From the NCBI GenBank assembly GCA_014383885.1, contig JACNGX010000021.1, positions 1-43,010 on the forward strand: a stretch of 43,010 bases of DNA, written 5' to 3'. Within the stretch, counting starts at the first letter, position 1. Each line of letters begins with the position of its first letter. A program made the translations under genes and the position numbers. The notes beneath the pieces are model-generated. The model was given only the letters and a program-made list of their open reading frames with translations, was not told where the DNA came from and did no database searches. Positions 26,209-35,263 of this stretch are shown piece after piece. This stretch comes from Parcubacteria group bacterium (GTDB lineage: Bacteria; Patescibacteriota; Minisyncoccia; Phycocordibacterales; JACNGX01).

Positions 26209-26778
26209 TTACCTCTTTTGGGAGTTAATAAACTCCCTAGTCTCGTCGGGGAGGAACATAAGTCTCCCCTTTATTGCCGGGATGAAATCTCCCGGCCATG
26301 CACCTGTATAGATCGCCACGAGGCAGCGATCTATAAGTGTGTATTTTAGCGCCGCATACTTATCATTCGGCGCTATATATATTTTATGCAGATTCTCTCT
26401 TGCCTTAGTAAGAGAGAATCTGCCATTCTTGTTGTGCTCCGCTGTGCGGAGCATCTTAAAAATGTATTCACTCCACCCGTCCAACTCTTCATACCCCACA
26501 ACGGAGTATGAAGAGGTGAGCGTCTCGTGCGAGATGCTCGCTACGGTAATCTCCTCACGCACTTTAAGTGCGCGAGTGATGTACTTTAGATGCTCTTCCC
26601 ATTCGGGAATAGCGGTTTGTACCTCAAACATGGCGATTACTTCTTCGCCATATTTCTCTTCCAGCGTCGGTTCCGGCGTAAGTATCGGACCGACGGGATT
26701 TTTCTCGTCGTTTATGCACCCCGTCAGAAAGAACGGGATGGTGATGGCGAGCAACAAAAGTATTTTTCTCATTTTCAT
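26209..26778 (-). CDS. Lipoprotein (lipobox LTGC).
   Basis: MKMRKILLLLAITIPFFLTGCINDEK. The ORF track starts further upstream at 26931, but that extension covers the promoter. Confidence 0.7.
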   Translation of the reverse strand: MKMRKILLLLAITIPFFLTGCINDEKNPVGPILTPEPTLEEKYGEEVIAMFEVQTAIPEWEEHLKYITRALKVREEITVASISHETLTSSYSVVGYEELDGWSEYIFKMLRTAEHNKNGRFSLTKARENLHKIYIAPNDKYAALKYTLIDRCLVAIYTGAWPGDFIPAIKGRLMFLPDETREFINSQKR

Positions 26779-26857
26779 TTTTTTCTCCGTTTTGAGGCGG
26801 CGGCGTGAGCCGCCGCCTGGTTTATTTGTACAAGTACAAGATAATTTATTCTGCTTA

Positions 26858-26886
26858 TATATTAAACCAAAAACCTGTTTTGTCAA
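26858..26886 (-). promoter_or_regulatory. Promoter TTGACA-N17-AATATA (minus strand) for the lipoprotein/T4SS operon, with a GGCGGCGGC-tcac-GCCGCCGCC hairpin in the leader.
   Basis: The reverse complement reads cctATTGACAaaacaggtttttggtttAATATA. A perfect DnaA box TGTGGATAA lies at 26905-26913, just upstream of the -35. Confidence 0.45.
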
Positions 26887-26930
26887 TAGGATGTTTTGAG
26901 AGGGTGTGGATAACTTTGTCCTCAAAAACA

Positions 26931-26966
26931 CTAAAAACGCCCTTTTCAGGGCGTTTTTAGTGTTTT
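26931..26966. terminator. Bidirectional intrinsic terminator.
   Basis: AAAAACGCCC ttttca GGGCGTTTTT. Confidence 0.6.
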
Positions 26967-26978
26967 TGAGAGTTGCTT

Positions 26979-28466
26979 CTATTCTTCAGCGTCTCCTTGT
27001 TGTGTGCCAAGATGCTGCAGAATTACTTGTACGTTGTTGTATGTTTCGTTGATACGACCGACAACGTTCTCGACATCAGACTTTGTTTGAAGAGCGAGAG
27101 CGCGGGAATAGGTGTCGATTGGCTCGTGAAGATTATTGAAGTTTGAATAGAGAGGAATGATCTCGGATGGAGTGTCGGCACTGAGTGCTTGCGTGTGGAG
27201 AGATGTAAGCGAAGAGAAGTATGTATCGGTAATGTTGGATGTCTCAATGAGTGCTTGAACGGATGAGAGATCGTCGATTGAGTCTTCAATTTCACGCTGG
27301 AGAGAGGTGAGCCCTGTGCGGGTAATGATTACGACATCACCGGAATCAACAATGACTGATATACCGCGATCGTCCATATAATCAAGAATATCATCGATTT
27401 CGGAAATAGTGAGTGTGCCTGTGGTGATACCCTCCTGCACCATTTCACCAAGAGTGAGTACGTCATCTGAAAGAGCAAGTTCCGCTTCGATAATGTCGAT
27501 AAGCTCTTGATCTACACCAACAACTTGCTGAAATCCGCCACCACTCCCCGATCCGGATGAGCCACCGCCTGCAAGCGATGAGATGCCGTCGGAAATAAGG
27601 CTCATGACGAGATTTTGAATCATACTTGCCAGGAATTCCTCGATTTCATCGGCGTTTTCAAGACTTTCAAGAGGACTGCCAAGCGCATCGGAAAGTGTGT
27701 TCGTGATGAATTGCCCGGGAGTGAGACGTTCCCAGCGAGCACAGCCATCGTCGGCGTTGACGACACCATCGAGATTTTTATCGACACCGACCGACTCAAG
27801 GCATTTTCCGGGAAGAGAGAGGAGCCCGCCGCTTTGCTCAAGCTCAGACTTAACATTCCCAAGAGCATTTTCAACCTGGCGAGCGTGTTCTTCGGCTGCC
27901 ATGAACCCTTGACCGATAGCGCTGTTTTCCGGCATGACAGTGTGAGCAAGAAAACCTGTCCAACCACCACCTTCAAAAAAGCCGTCCTCGAACGCATCAG
28001 GATTGATAAGGATATCTTCAAGAGAACTCTTGGCATATTCTGAATATGGCGTGTAGCTTTGCGAGAGAAGCTTGAGGATCTCGGTTTTAATTGGCCCGTA
28101 AATATCCGCATTGCTTACTTCGCTCATGAATGCCGTGGTCACATCGCGTGAGAGTTTGGCGAAGAAGGCGTCGGGGTCGGTGATGAGAAGCTCATCGCCG
28201 AAAAAGCCCGAATTGATGAAAGAGCGAAGGTCGCCAATAATATCTCCCACGAGCATTTTAGCGACTTTCCATGCGATGCCGTCGAGACCGAGCTCTTTGG
28301 GAAGAATGGTTCTGTCACGTGTAATGTCTTTGAGTACAATCACCGCATCACCTGCTCCGAAGAGTGCATGGGCGGGAGCCGGACGTGCGATAATGCCACC
28401 AAACATAAAGAGTGGAACGAGGATGCCGAGTGTGAGTGTGCGAAGGTGTGAAAGGTGAAACGTCAT
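26979..28466 (-). CDS. Secreted hypothetical protein (495 aa).
   Basis: Signal peptide MTFHLSHLRTLTLGILVPLFMFGGIIARPAPAHA. Acidic. Contains a GGGSSGSGSGGG linker. Confidence 0.6.
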   Translation of the reverse strand: MTFHLSHLRTLTLGILVPLFMFGGIIARPAPAHALFGAGDAVIVLKDITRDRTILPKELGLDGIAWKVAKMLVGDIIGDLRSFINSGFFGDELLITDPDAFFAKLSRDVTTAFMSEVSNADIYGPIKTEILKLLSQSYTPYSEYAKSSLEDILINPDAFEDGFFEGGGWTGFLAHTVMPENSAIGQGFMAAEEHARQVENALGNVKSELEQSGGLLSLPGKCLESVGVDKNLDGVVNADDGCARWERLTPGQFITNTLSDALGSPLESLENADEIEEFLASMIQNLVMSLISDGISSLAGGGSSGSGSGGGFQQVVGVDQELIDIIEAELALSDDVLTLGEMVQEGITTGTLTISEIDDILDYMDDRGISVIVDSGDVVIITRTGLTSLQREIEDSIDDLSSVQALIETSNITDTYFSSLTSLHTQALSADTPSEIIPLYSNFNNLHEPIDTYSRALALQTKSDVENVVGRINETYNNVQVILQHLGTQQGDAEE

Positions 28467-28490
28467 AGGTGTGCGGATAATGAATAATAA

Positions 28491-29480
28491 CTAGAGGGCA
28501 AACATGCTACCTACCTCACTCTCTGAAAAGGTAAGTGAAGCATCGGATAAAATACCAACAAGCGACTGCGCCGCGTATTCCATGCGGGTAAGTGACGTTT
28601 GGTATGTGGTGAGTCCGGTGAGGCCGATGACGGTATCGTCGGACATGTCGTGAATGTAGGTGAGTGACATGGCCATCGTTTGAAGAGTGTTAAGGATTTC
28701 GAGATGAGTATCAATAAGAGTGGAAGGTACGGAAAGCGCAAAGAGTGCATCGTGCATGTCGGTAAAGAAGGTGATGAAGCGTTTCAAATCCGAGAGACGC
28801 GATAAATTGCCACTTTCGATTGCATCGGTAATAATAGCGACTTCATAGGGAGCGCCCAGCTCATCGTAAGCGAGAATGAATGATGCAAGTGTGTTGGCGT
28901 ATGTGCGCAGGAGCGTGGAGCTTTCGGTAATAGTGTCAACAACAATATCTTCTTCCGTGTAAGTGTTTTGAGGAATATTTTGAGCGACTTCATTACTGAT
29001 GATGTCTTCAAGAACAGAAATGTCTTCAATCGTTGGATTTCCTTCGGTGCCGATGTGATACAAATGACTCATAAACGTACGAGAGACAGCGTCGGAGCGC
29101 GTACTCCCTCCTTCCCCCGCGGCTTCATCTGAGGGAACAATGGGATATGCCTCAAGTGTGTCGTCAACGGCGTTTACAAGCGGATTACGACGCGCGGCGA
29201 TTTCAATACCGTCTCCGGTGCCGTCGCCGTCGGAATCGGCGACATTTGGATTGGTTCCCCAGAGAGCTTCTTCCCAATTAGAAAGACCGTCTAAATCGGT
29301 GTCTTCCGTGCCAAGTGAGATTTTCTCTCGTTCTTCATCAGTGATGACAAGAAGTGGCTCGGTGTCGATCGGTCTTTCTTTCGGACGAGTAAATGAATAC
29401 ACAGCTATACCGATAACAGCAATGAGAGCGACGGCAAGCACAAAGCGACTACTGGGGAGATAGTGAGTGATATGTTGCAT
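28491..29480 (-). CDS. Membrane-anchored hypothetical protein with a thrombospondin-type-3-like calcium-binding Asp repeat.
   Basis: N-terminal TM helix FVLAVALIAVIGIAVYSF and the repeat DTDLDGLSNWEEALWGTNPNVADSDGDGTGDG. Confidence 0.55.
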   Translation of the reverse strand: MQHITHYLPSSRFVLAVALIAVIGIAVYSFTRPKERPIDTEPLLVITDEEREKISLGTEDTDLDGLSNWEEALWGTNPNVADSDGDGTGDGIEIAARRNPLVNAVDDTLEAYPIVPSDEAAGEGGSTRSDAVSRTFMSHLYHIGTEGNPTIEDISVLEDIISNEVAQNIPQNTYTEEDIVVDTITESSTLLRTYANTLASFILAYDELGAPYEVAIITDAIESGNLSRLSDLKRFITFFTDMHDALFALSVPSTLIDTHLEILNTLQTMAMSLTYIHDMSDDTVIGLTGLTTYQTSLTRMEYAAQSLVGILSDASLTFSESEVGSMFAL

Positions 29481-29561
29481 TGGTTTCTATTATACAAAAA
29501 GAATGCGTGTCAACCAATCATTCCTGTGTATTACATGCGTATCACTTTTAATACGATTATG

Positions 29562-30044
29562 TTATCTCCCGACGATATCTCCAACACGTACAGTATGTGT
29601 ACTCGTGAAACCTGCCGGTACTTCAAGAACATATGATGCTGGAATTGGTGATGTGAATGATGTTGGGTATGTATCAGGAGAAACACGCTTTTCAATGTGA
29701 ACGATTTCGTACATGTCATTGAGCCAGAGAATATCGATGGAGAAGTGCATGTCTTTCATCCAGATACTGTGGTTTCCTTCTTTGTCAAATACAAAGAGCA
29801 TACCGGTGTCAGGGAGAAGCGCTTCTCTTCCTGAGAGTCCGAGAGTGCGTTTTTCGGGTGTGTCAGCGATGTCGGCAGTAATCAAAGTGTTGCCGATGGC
29901 GATAAGCTCTCGGTTGTACCCTTCAGCAAATGATATGTCTCCGAGAGAGAAAGAAAAGGGGTCGCCTTGCGCGGAAGAGACGACGAGATTGCCGGCGATG
30001 ATTGCGACGGCACATGTGATGAGAATACCAATGAATGATTTCAT
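29562..30044 (-). CDS. DUF192 domain protein with a signal peptide.
   Basis: MKSFIGILITCAVAIIAGNLVVSSAQG, then ...GLSGREALLPDTGMLFVF...IWMKDMHFSIDILWLN...YVLEVPAG, which matches the DUF192 pattern. The ORF track extends artificially to 30269. Confidence 0.65.
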   Translation of the reverse strand: MKSFIGILITCAVAIIAGNLVVSSAQGDPFSFSLGDISFAEGYNRELIAIGNTLITADIADTPEKRTLGLSGREALLPDTGMLFVFDKEGNHSIWMKDMHFSIDILWLNDMYEIVHIEKRVSPDTYPTSFTSPIPASYVLEVPAGFTSTHTVRVGDIVGR

Positions 30045-30051
30045 GTATGTA

Positions 30052-30831
30052 TTATTGTACGGCGACTTTTTCCGCGAGGCAATGCCATGCTTCAGGAGGG
30101 ACATCTTCCGGTCGCGCGTTTGCAGGGATGTTGCATGCGGTGAGCGTGTCGGAAGAGCAGTTAAGATTGGAGGAGAGCTTCTTGCGTTTGTGCGAAAAGC
30201 CGCGACGGAGAATCTCAAAATAGTGCTCCTCACTCTCTTGCGATGTAAACGGGTCGGCGATATCTTCAATGAGAAGTACTGCCGAGTCTACACTCGGTTG
30301 CGGGCGAAACATACCGCGCGGGATAGCGCGCACGATGCGCGGCGAGCCAAATGTTTTCACCGCGATAGAAAGAATGCTTTCTTTTCCGTGAGGAGCGACG
30401 ATACGCTCGGCGACTTCTTTTTGCACAAGGAGGACGGCGCGCTTGGGAAGATGCTCGCGCGTGAAGAATGCGCGAATGAGGAGACCGGTGATGTAATACG
30501 GAATGTTAGCTGCGAGGATGTATGAAGTGGGTGTGAGGCCAAGCGCGTCGAAATCAATCTCGAGTGCATCGCCGTGAACGAGGGTGAAATGCTCTTCTTT
30601 TTCTTCGCGCGCGAAACGTTCTTTCAGATGTGCGATAAGGCGATCATCTTTTTCAATCGCGATGACGCGCGCGCCGCTTTCAAGAAGCGACTCTGTGAGC
30701 ACTCCTTCCCCGGGGCCGATTTCGAGGATAGTGTCCTCCACCGCACCCGAAGTGGCGCGCGCGATATCCGCCACCGCTTTTTCAGACGTGAGAAAATGTT
30801 GCCCCAATGATTTTTTCGCTTTAATATGCAT
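30052..30831 (-). CDS. rsmA: 16S rRNA (adenine1518/1519-N6) dimethyltransferase.
   Basis: MHIKAKKSLGQHFL...EIGPGEGVLT. KsgA/RsmA motifs. Confidence 0.9.
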   Translation of the reverse strand: MHIKAKKSLGQHFLTSEKAVADIARATSGAVEDTILEIGPGEGVLTESLLESGARVIAIEKDDRLIAHLKERFAREEKEEHFTLVHGDALEIDFDALGLTPTSYILAANIPYYITGLLIRAFFTREHLPKRAVLLVQKEVAERIVAPHGKESILSIAVKTFGSPRIVRAIPRGMFRPQPSVDSAVLLIEDIADPFTSQESEEHYFEILRRGFSHKRKKLSSNLNCSSDTLTACNIPANARPEDVPPEAWHCLAEKVAVQ

Positions 30832-30984
30832 AACAACATTACACCACACATTTCACAACCTTGCAGACATGACCGTCCTTTGGGAGAGTGATATGCATAA
30901 AAAATATCATAACATAAAAACATTACACTATACGTTCTCCCTTCCCCTTCATTTTTGCAAAAAAGAGGAGAGTTTTTCGAGGTG

Positions 30985-31938
30985 TTATGTTGCAGTGCTT
31001 TTTCGTTGAATGAGCGCGCGGAATGGAATGAAAAGTAGTGCCCACGGAATCACCGAGAGGATGGTTGGCACGACGATTGACGACATGTCGCCGAAGAAGG
31101 TATCGGCAAGATCAATAGCGAGTGTGAAGTTCATATAGGTGAGACAAATAGCGATAGCGATACGTTCTCTTTTCTTCTTCCACCAAATCGCTGTATAGCC
31201 GAGCACGTGAAGCACGATGAAAAGAATGGTAAGCGCAAAAAGAAAGAAAAGTGATTCACCGCCATTTCCGAGCGCAAGGATTTCTTCCGGCCGTTTGGCA
31301 ACAATGAAAGCAATGAGAATGGCAAGGAGTCCGGTGGAGACGGGGGTGAAGGAGTATTCAATGCGAGTAATCGTTTTCGGAATGATGCGTTTGATAATCT
31401 GCGCGAGGAAAAACGGCAGGAAGATAATAATCGCGAGCCGGGTAAACATGGCGAATGTGTCGATTGAAATGTCTGTTCCCACCATAAGCGACACAACGAG
31501 CGGCACTGAAAGCGGTGTAAGAAGCGATGTGATGACCGTCATTACCAATGCGTATTCCTCACTTCCTTTTGCAAGCGAGGTGAGAAACGGCGCTGTCATA
31601 CCCGACGGCATGGCTGAGAGGAGAAGAAAAGCAATCGCCACTTCCGGATACAATGTGTTGGCTACAAAGAAAACAACAATCGGCAGAAGAACAAGCATAA
31701 AGAGTGCTGAGATGAGAAGTGTTTTCCCATCGCCGAGTGCATCACGCACTTCATGGAAATCAATTTTAAGAGCGCTCAAAAAGAAAATACCCGCAAGCGC
31801 CACAAGCGACACGTGTGGATACTCCCCCACCACCTCCGGCGCATAGGTGCCGATACCAATACCGATCACAAATGCCACACTGATGATGAACAGAAGCGAT
31901 GAACTGATTTTTGCAAGAATACGTTTGACCGAATGCAT
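30985..31938 (-). CDS. Polytopic permease, probably BASS (bile acid:sodium symporter) family.
   Basis: About 10 TM helices with an SBF-like topology. Start at MHSVKRIL (31938). Confidence 0.55.
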   Translation of the reverse strand: MHSVKRILAKISSSLLFIISVAFVIGIGIGTYAPEVVGEYPHVSLVALAGIFFLSALKIDFHEVRDALGDGKTLLISALFMLVLLPIVVFFVANTLYPEVAIAFLLLSAMPSGMTAPFLTSLAKGSEEYALVMTVITSLLTPLSVPLVVSLMVGTDISIDTFAMFTRLAIIIFLPFFLAQIIKRIIPKTITRIEYSFTPVSTGLLAILIAFIVAKRPEEILALGNGGESLFFLFALTILFIVLHVLGYTAIWWKKKRERIAIAICLTYMNFTLAIDLADTFFGDMSSIVVPTILSVIPWALLFIPFRALIQRKSTAT

Positions 31939-32112
31939 GGATACTATTATACACCACCTAACATATGATTTACATGCATTACTTGACACACACATACATA
32001 TATGATAGTATTTTACGTGGATCTCGTTCCGCAATAAACCAGAAAACGAGTGTAATCATCAAAAAAAGGAGACGGTGCGGTAATCTGGAAAGTCTCAAAA
32101 TTAGGAGAAAAA

Positions 32113-32742
32113 ATGGGAAAAGCATATCCTATTTTTACTATCAATTCCGGTTCTGTCCGGAAGGGTGCGGTTGTAAGCACCCTTGCTCTTAAGGGGGCGA
32201 ACATTGAAATTCCCGCGATTCTCGTGGGAGAAACTGGACGTGGAAGAAATCGTGGCGTGTTGCCGGTTCATCTTCCGTCCGCTCTGTATGCGGAGTGGAA
32301 GGAAAAAGGAACCGTGACCGTCGAGGCGGCAGAAATAGGGGCAACCAAAAAGGGTGCACCGAAACTGTTCGCCAAAGAAAAGACGGATTGCGAAGAAAAA
32401 GCAATCTGTGTTTTCCCAACGAAAATCGGCTTTCGTGGGAGCAATTCCCACACCGGTGATCGTACTGGGGAAACAAAAAAAGATTCGTGGGGAGATGAGG
32501 TAATTGAGTTTCTCCCCTTCCCGGGTGATGTGCTAACGGAAGGAAGCATCGCCCAGGGCACAGCCGGACGCGCGGGGGGCGGCACGCAGATGATTGCCGT
32601 TCTCTCGAAAGATGCGGTTTTCCGGACTGGATACAGCGGACGCCTCTACGGCGCTCCACGAGCGCATTATTACACATACACTGGCGAGGGCGAAGTTCTT
32701 GCCATGACGTGGGAAGAGCGTTCTCTTGCAGATGTGTTTTAA
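32113..32742 (+). CDS. Hypothetical protein (209 aa), an orphan gene that is visibly GC-richer than its neighbours.
   Basis: AGGAG SD 7 nt upstream of the ATG and its own terminator. Single plus-strand gene between minus-strand genes. Confidence 0.55.
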   Translation: MGKAYPIFTINSGSVRKGAVVSTLALKGANIEIPAILVGETGRGRNRGVLPVHLPSALYAEWKEKGTVTVEAAEIGATKKGAPKLFAKEKTDCEEKAICVFPTKIGFRGSNSHTGDRTGETKKDSWGDEVIEFLPFPGDVLTEGSIAQGTAGRAGGGTQMIAVLSKDAVFRTGYSGRLYGAPRAHYYTYTGEGEVLAMTWEERSLADVF

Positions 32743-32758
32743 TGTGTTGGTAGTGTTT

Positions 32759-32796
32759 AGGCATAAGGATTTAAATCCTTATGCCTTTATTTTTGG
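32759..32796. terminator. Bidirectional intrinsic terminator.
   Basis: GCATAAGGATTT/AAATCCTTATGC followed by CTTTATTTTTGG. Confidence 0.6.
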
Positions 32797-32823
32797 TGTT
32801 TTTTATTTGATATTTGATTTTTG

Positions 32824-34764
32824 TTACTCCACCTCAATTGTCGGTAGCTTATCAGGGTCTTCGGTTTCGATATATTCGTCGCTTAAGTCCATCAAAAATT
32901 CTGATGGAGCTTGGATGTTTTTGCCGCCAAAAATGGTGCGTGTGTGGGCGTAGGTGAGCCATACTTTTTTCTCCGCACGAGTGATGGCGACATAAAAGAG
33001 ACGGCGTTCTTCTTCGGCGCGCTCCGGATTAATCACTGGTCCGTCAAAACCGCGATGCGGAAAGAGTCCGTCTTCAATGCCGGTGATAAAGACATACGGA
33101 AACTCTAATCCTTTTGAAGCGTGTACGGTCATCAAGCGCACAGCATTTTCATCTTTCTTTTTCTTCGCATCGCCGAGAGAATCCTGGTCGGAGGCGAGAG
33201 TCGCGTCGGAGAGGAGTGCTTCAATCCCCTCCTCCGGCGTGAGGTGATCGTATTTGGTCGCAAGACCAACAAGCTCATAGACGTTTTCCAAATGATCCTC
33301 CCCTTCTTCGCGATCTTTCTTGAACGCGTCCTCAAGACCGGAACGCTTGATGGCATTTTTGAGTGTGTGCGATACGGGCAGGTTCGCGCAGTCGTCGGCA
33401 ATCTCGGAAAGTATTTCACGGACACTAGCGATTTTTGCTTGTGTTGCCGGAGGAAGCGTGACCTCTTCTCCTGAGAGGATTTTGGCGAGTGTAACCTTCC
33501 CGATACCGCGCGCTGGCACATTCACGATGCGAGAAAAATCAGCCGTTGCTGTCGGATTCAGCGCTGCGCGAATATATGCGAGGACGTCTTTCACTTCTTT
33601 TCGCGCGAAGAATTTTACGCCAAGCACTTGATACGAAATACCAGCGTCAAGAAGCCCTTCCTCAAGTGCGCGAGATTGGAAATTGGCGCGGTAGAGAATT
33701 GCTACGTCTTTTGGCTCAGCGCCGTTTCGGATAAGTCCGCTGATTTTTTTCGCCACAAATTCCGCTTCCATCTTTTCATCACCGCAGGCAATCACACTCA
33801 ATTTCTCGCCTCCTTCTTTGCGCGTGAAGAGATTTTTTTCTTTGCGCACCGTGTTTTTCGTGATAATGTCGTTGGCGGCTTTGAGAATGGGTGCTGTGGA
33901 GCGATAGTTTTCTTCCAAGAGAACGACGGTTGCATCGGGAAAATCTTCCTCAAAAAGCATCATGTTGCGGAAATCGGCACCTCGCCACGCGTAGATACTT
34001 TGATCGGTGTCGCCCACGACGCAGATATGTTTATGGTCTCCCGCGAGGAGTTTGGAAAGGGTATATTGTGCAAAGTTGGTGTCTTGATATTCGTCGATAT
34101 GAATGTGTGACCACTTGGCGTGATAGATGGTGCGCATTTCCGCTTCGTCACGAAGCAGGAGTGTGGTGTGGAGGATAAGGTCATCAAAATCAAGCGCACC
34201 TTCTTCAAGCATGAGTTTCTCATACGCGCTCCACACGTTTGCGACGATGCGCGGAAAGTATTCATTTCCTACCGATGCTTTGTATGTTTCAGCGGTGTGA
34301 AGCTCTCCTTTCTCGCGGGAGATGGCATTTTTCATGCGACGTGGTTCAAATTGTTTGGGATCAAGCTCGCATTGTTGCAACGCTTTTTTCATCAAGCGAT
34401 TGGTATCGTCGTCGTCCAAAATACTGAAATGTTTGGGGCGATTTATGCGCGCGTGTTCGCGGCGGAGGATGTAGACACCGAGCGCGTGAAAGGTGGAGAC
34501 AAACGGCACTGCGCCGTCATATTCACGTGCCGGATCTTCTGAGAGGAGTTTGACGACACGCTCTTTCATCTCCCCCGCCGCTTTATTGGTGAACGTGATG
34601 GCAAGAATATTCTCGGGGGCAATGCCTGAGTGAATGAGATTGAGAATACGATGCGTAAGCGTTTTGGTTTTTCCTGCTCCGGCACCAGCGACGATGAGAA
34701 GCGGACCGGTGGTGTGTTCGGCGGCTTTGCGCTGCTCGGGATTGAGTCCTTCAAGATGATCCAT
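32824..34764 (-). CDS. pcrA: ATP-dependent DNA helicase PcrA/UvrD.
   Basis: GAGAGKTKT Walker A and superfamily-1 helicase motifs throughout. 646 aa. Confidence 0.9.
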   Translation of the reverse strand: MDHLEGLNPEQRKAAEHTTGPLLIVAGAGAGKTKTLTHRILNLIHSGIAPENILAITFTNKAAGEMKERVVKLLSEDPAREYDGAVPFVSTFHALGVYILRREHARINRPKHFSILDDDDTNRLMKKALQQCELDPKQFEPRRMKNAISREKGELHTAETYKASVGNEYFPRIVANVWSAYEKLMLEEGALDFDDLILHTTLLLRDEAEMRTIYHAKWSHIHIDEYQDTNFAQYTLSKLLAGDHKHICVVGDTDQSIYAWRGADFRNMMLFEEDFPDATVVLLEENYRSTAPILKAANDIITKNTVRKEKNLFTRKEGGEKLSVIACGDEKMEAEFVAKKISGLIRNGAEPKDVAILYRANFQSRALEEGLLDAGISYQVLGVKFFARKEVKDVLAYIRAALNPTATADFSRIVNVPARGIGKVTLAKILSGEEVTLPPATQAKIASVREILSEIADDCANLPVSHTLKNAIKRSGLEDAFKKDREEGEDHLENVYELVGLATKYDHLTPEEGIEALLSDATLASDQDSLGDAKKKKDENAVRLMTVHASKGLEFPYVFITGIEDGLFPHRGFDGPVINPERAEEERRLFYVAITRAEKKVWLTYAHTRTIFGGKNIQAPSEFLMDLSDEYIETEDPDKLPTIEVE

Positions 34765-34832
34765 GAGTACACAGTATAGCAGTATGTGAGGAAGTTAGGA
34801 AATCAGTATGAAAATAGTGACATGCCCTAAGG

Positions 34833-34859
34833 TGTCATTCCTGGCTTGACCAGGAATCC
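34833..34859 (-). repeat. Inverted copy of the 27-nt hairpin repeat found at 15034-15060.
   Basis: TGTCATTCCTGGcttgaCCAGGAATCC. A second related hairpin, ATCCTGAAtcgagTTCAGGATGACGG, lies at 34892-34916. Confidence 0.7.
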
Positions 34860-35263
34860 AGATGTATTATCAGACAGTTTTTTCTGCCTGGATCCTGAAT
34901 CGAGTTCAGGATGACGGCGGATTTTGCCGTTCCGTACAAAAAACAAGAGGCCCGTTAGAAACGAGCCCCTCAGGAGGTGAAGCGTGGACGGAAATAATCG
35001 ATATCAAGTGACTGACAAAATTGTCTAGAGGAAATAAATGAGTGAATGTGAAAGACGTAAAAAAGAGGAGAGTTGTGCGCGCGCACGACATTCAAACAAA
35101 TAAACCAAAAGGCAATAACATCAATCAATTGATATACAACTATCGAAATCAAACTTCACTTGAAAAGAACAAGAAAAAAGAACAAAATGAGCACAAGGAA
35201 CAGAAAACTGAAACTATTCTCGCATATCAATGCATACTGTCAAGCTCTCCTGTGGAAAACGTC

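Noticed and set aside
32189-32764. Minus-strand ORF 32189-32764 (191 aa) and ORFs 32268-32585 and 32101-32451.
   Set aside because: Arg/Pro/Cys-rich products typical of the antisense frame of a GC-richer gene. The plus-strand ORF has an SD and a terminator.
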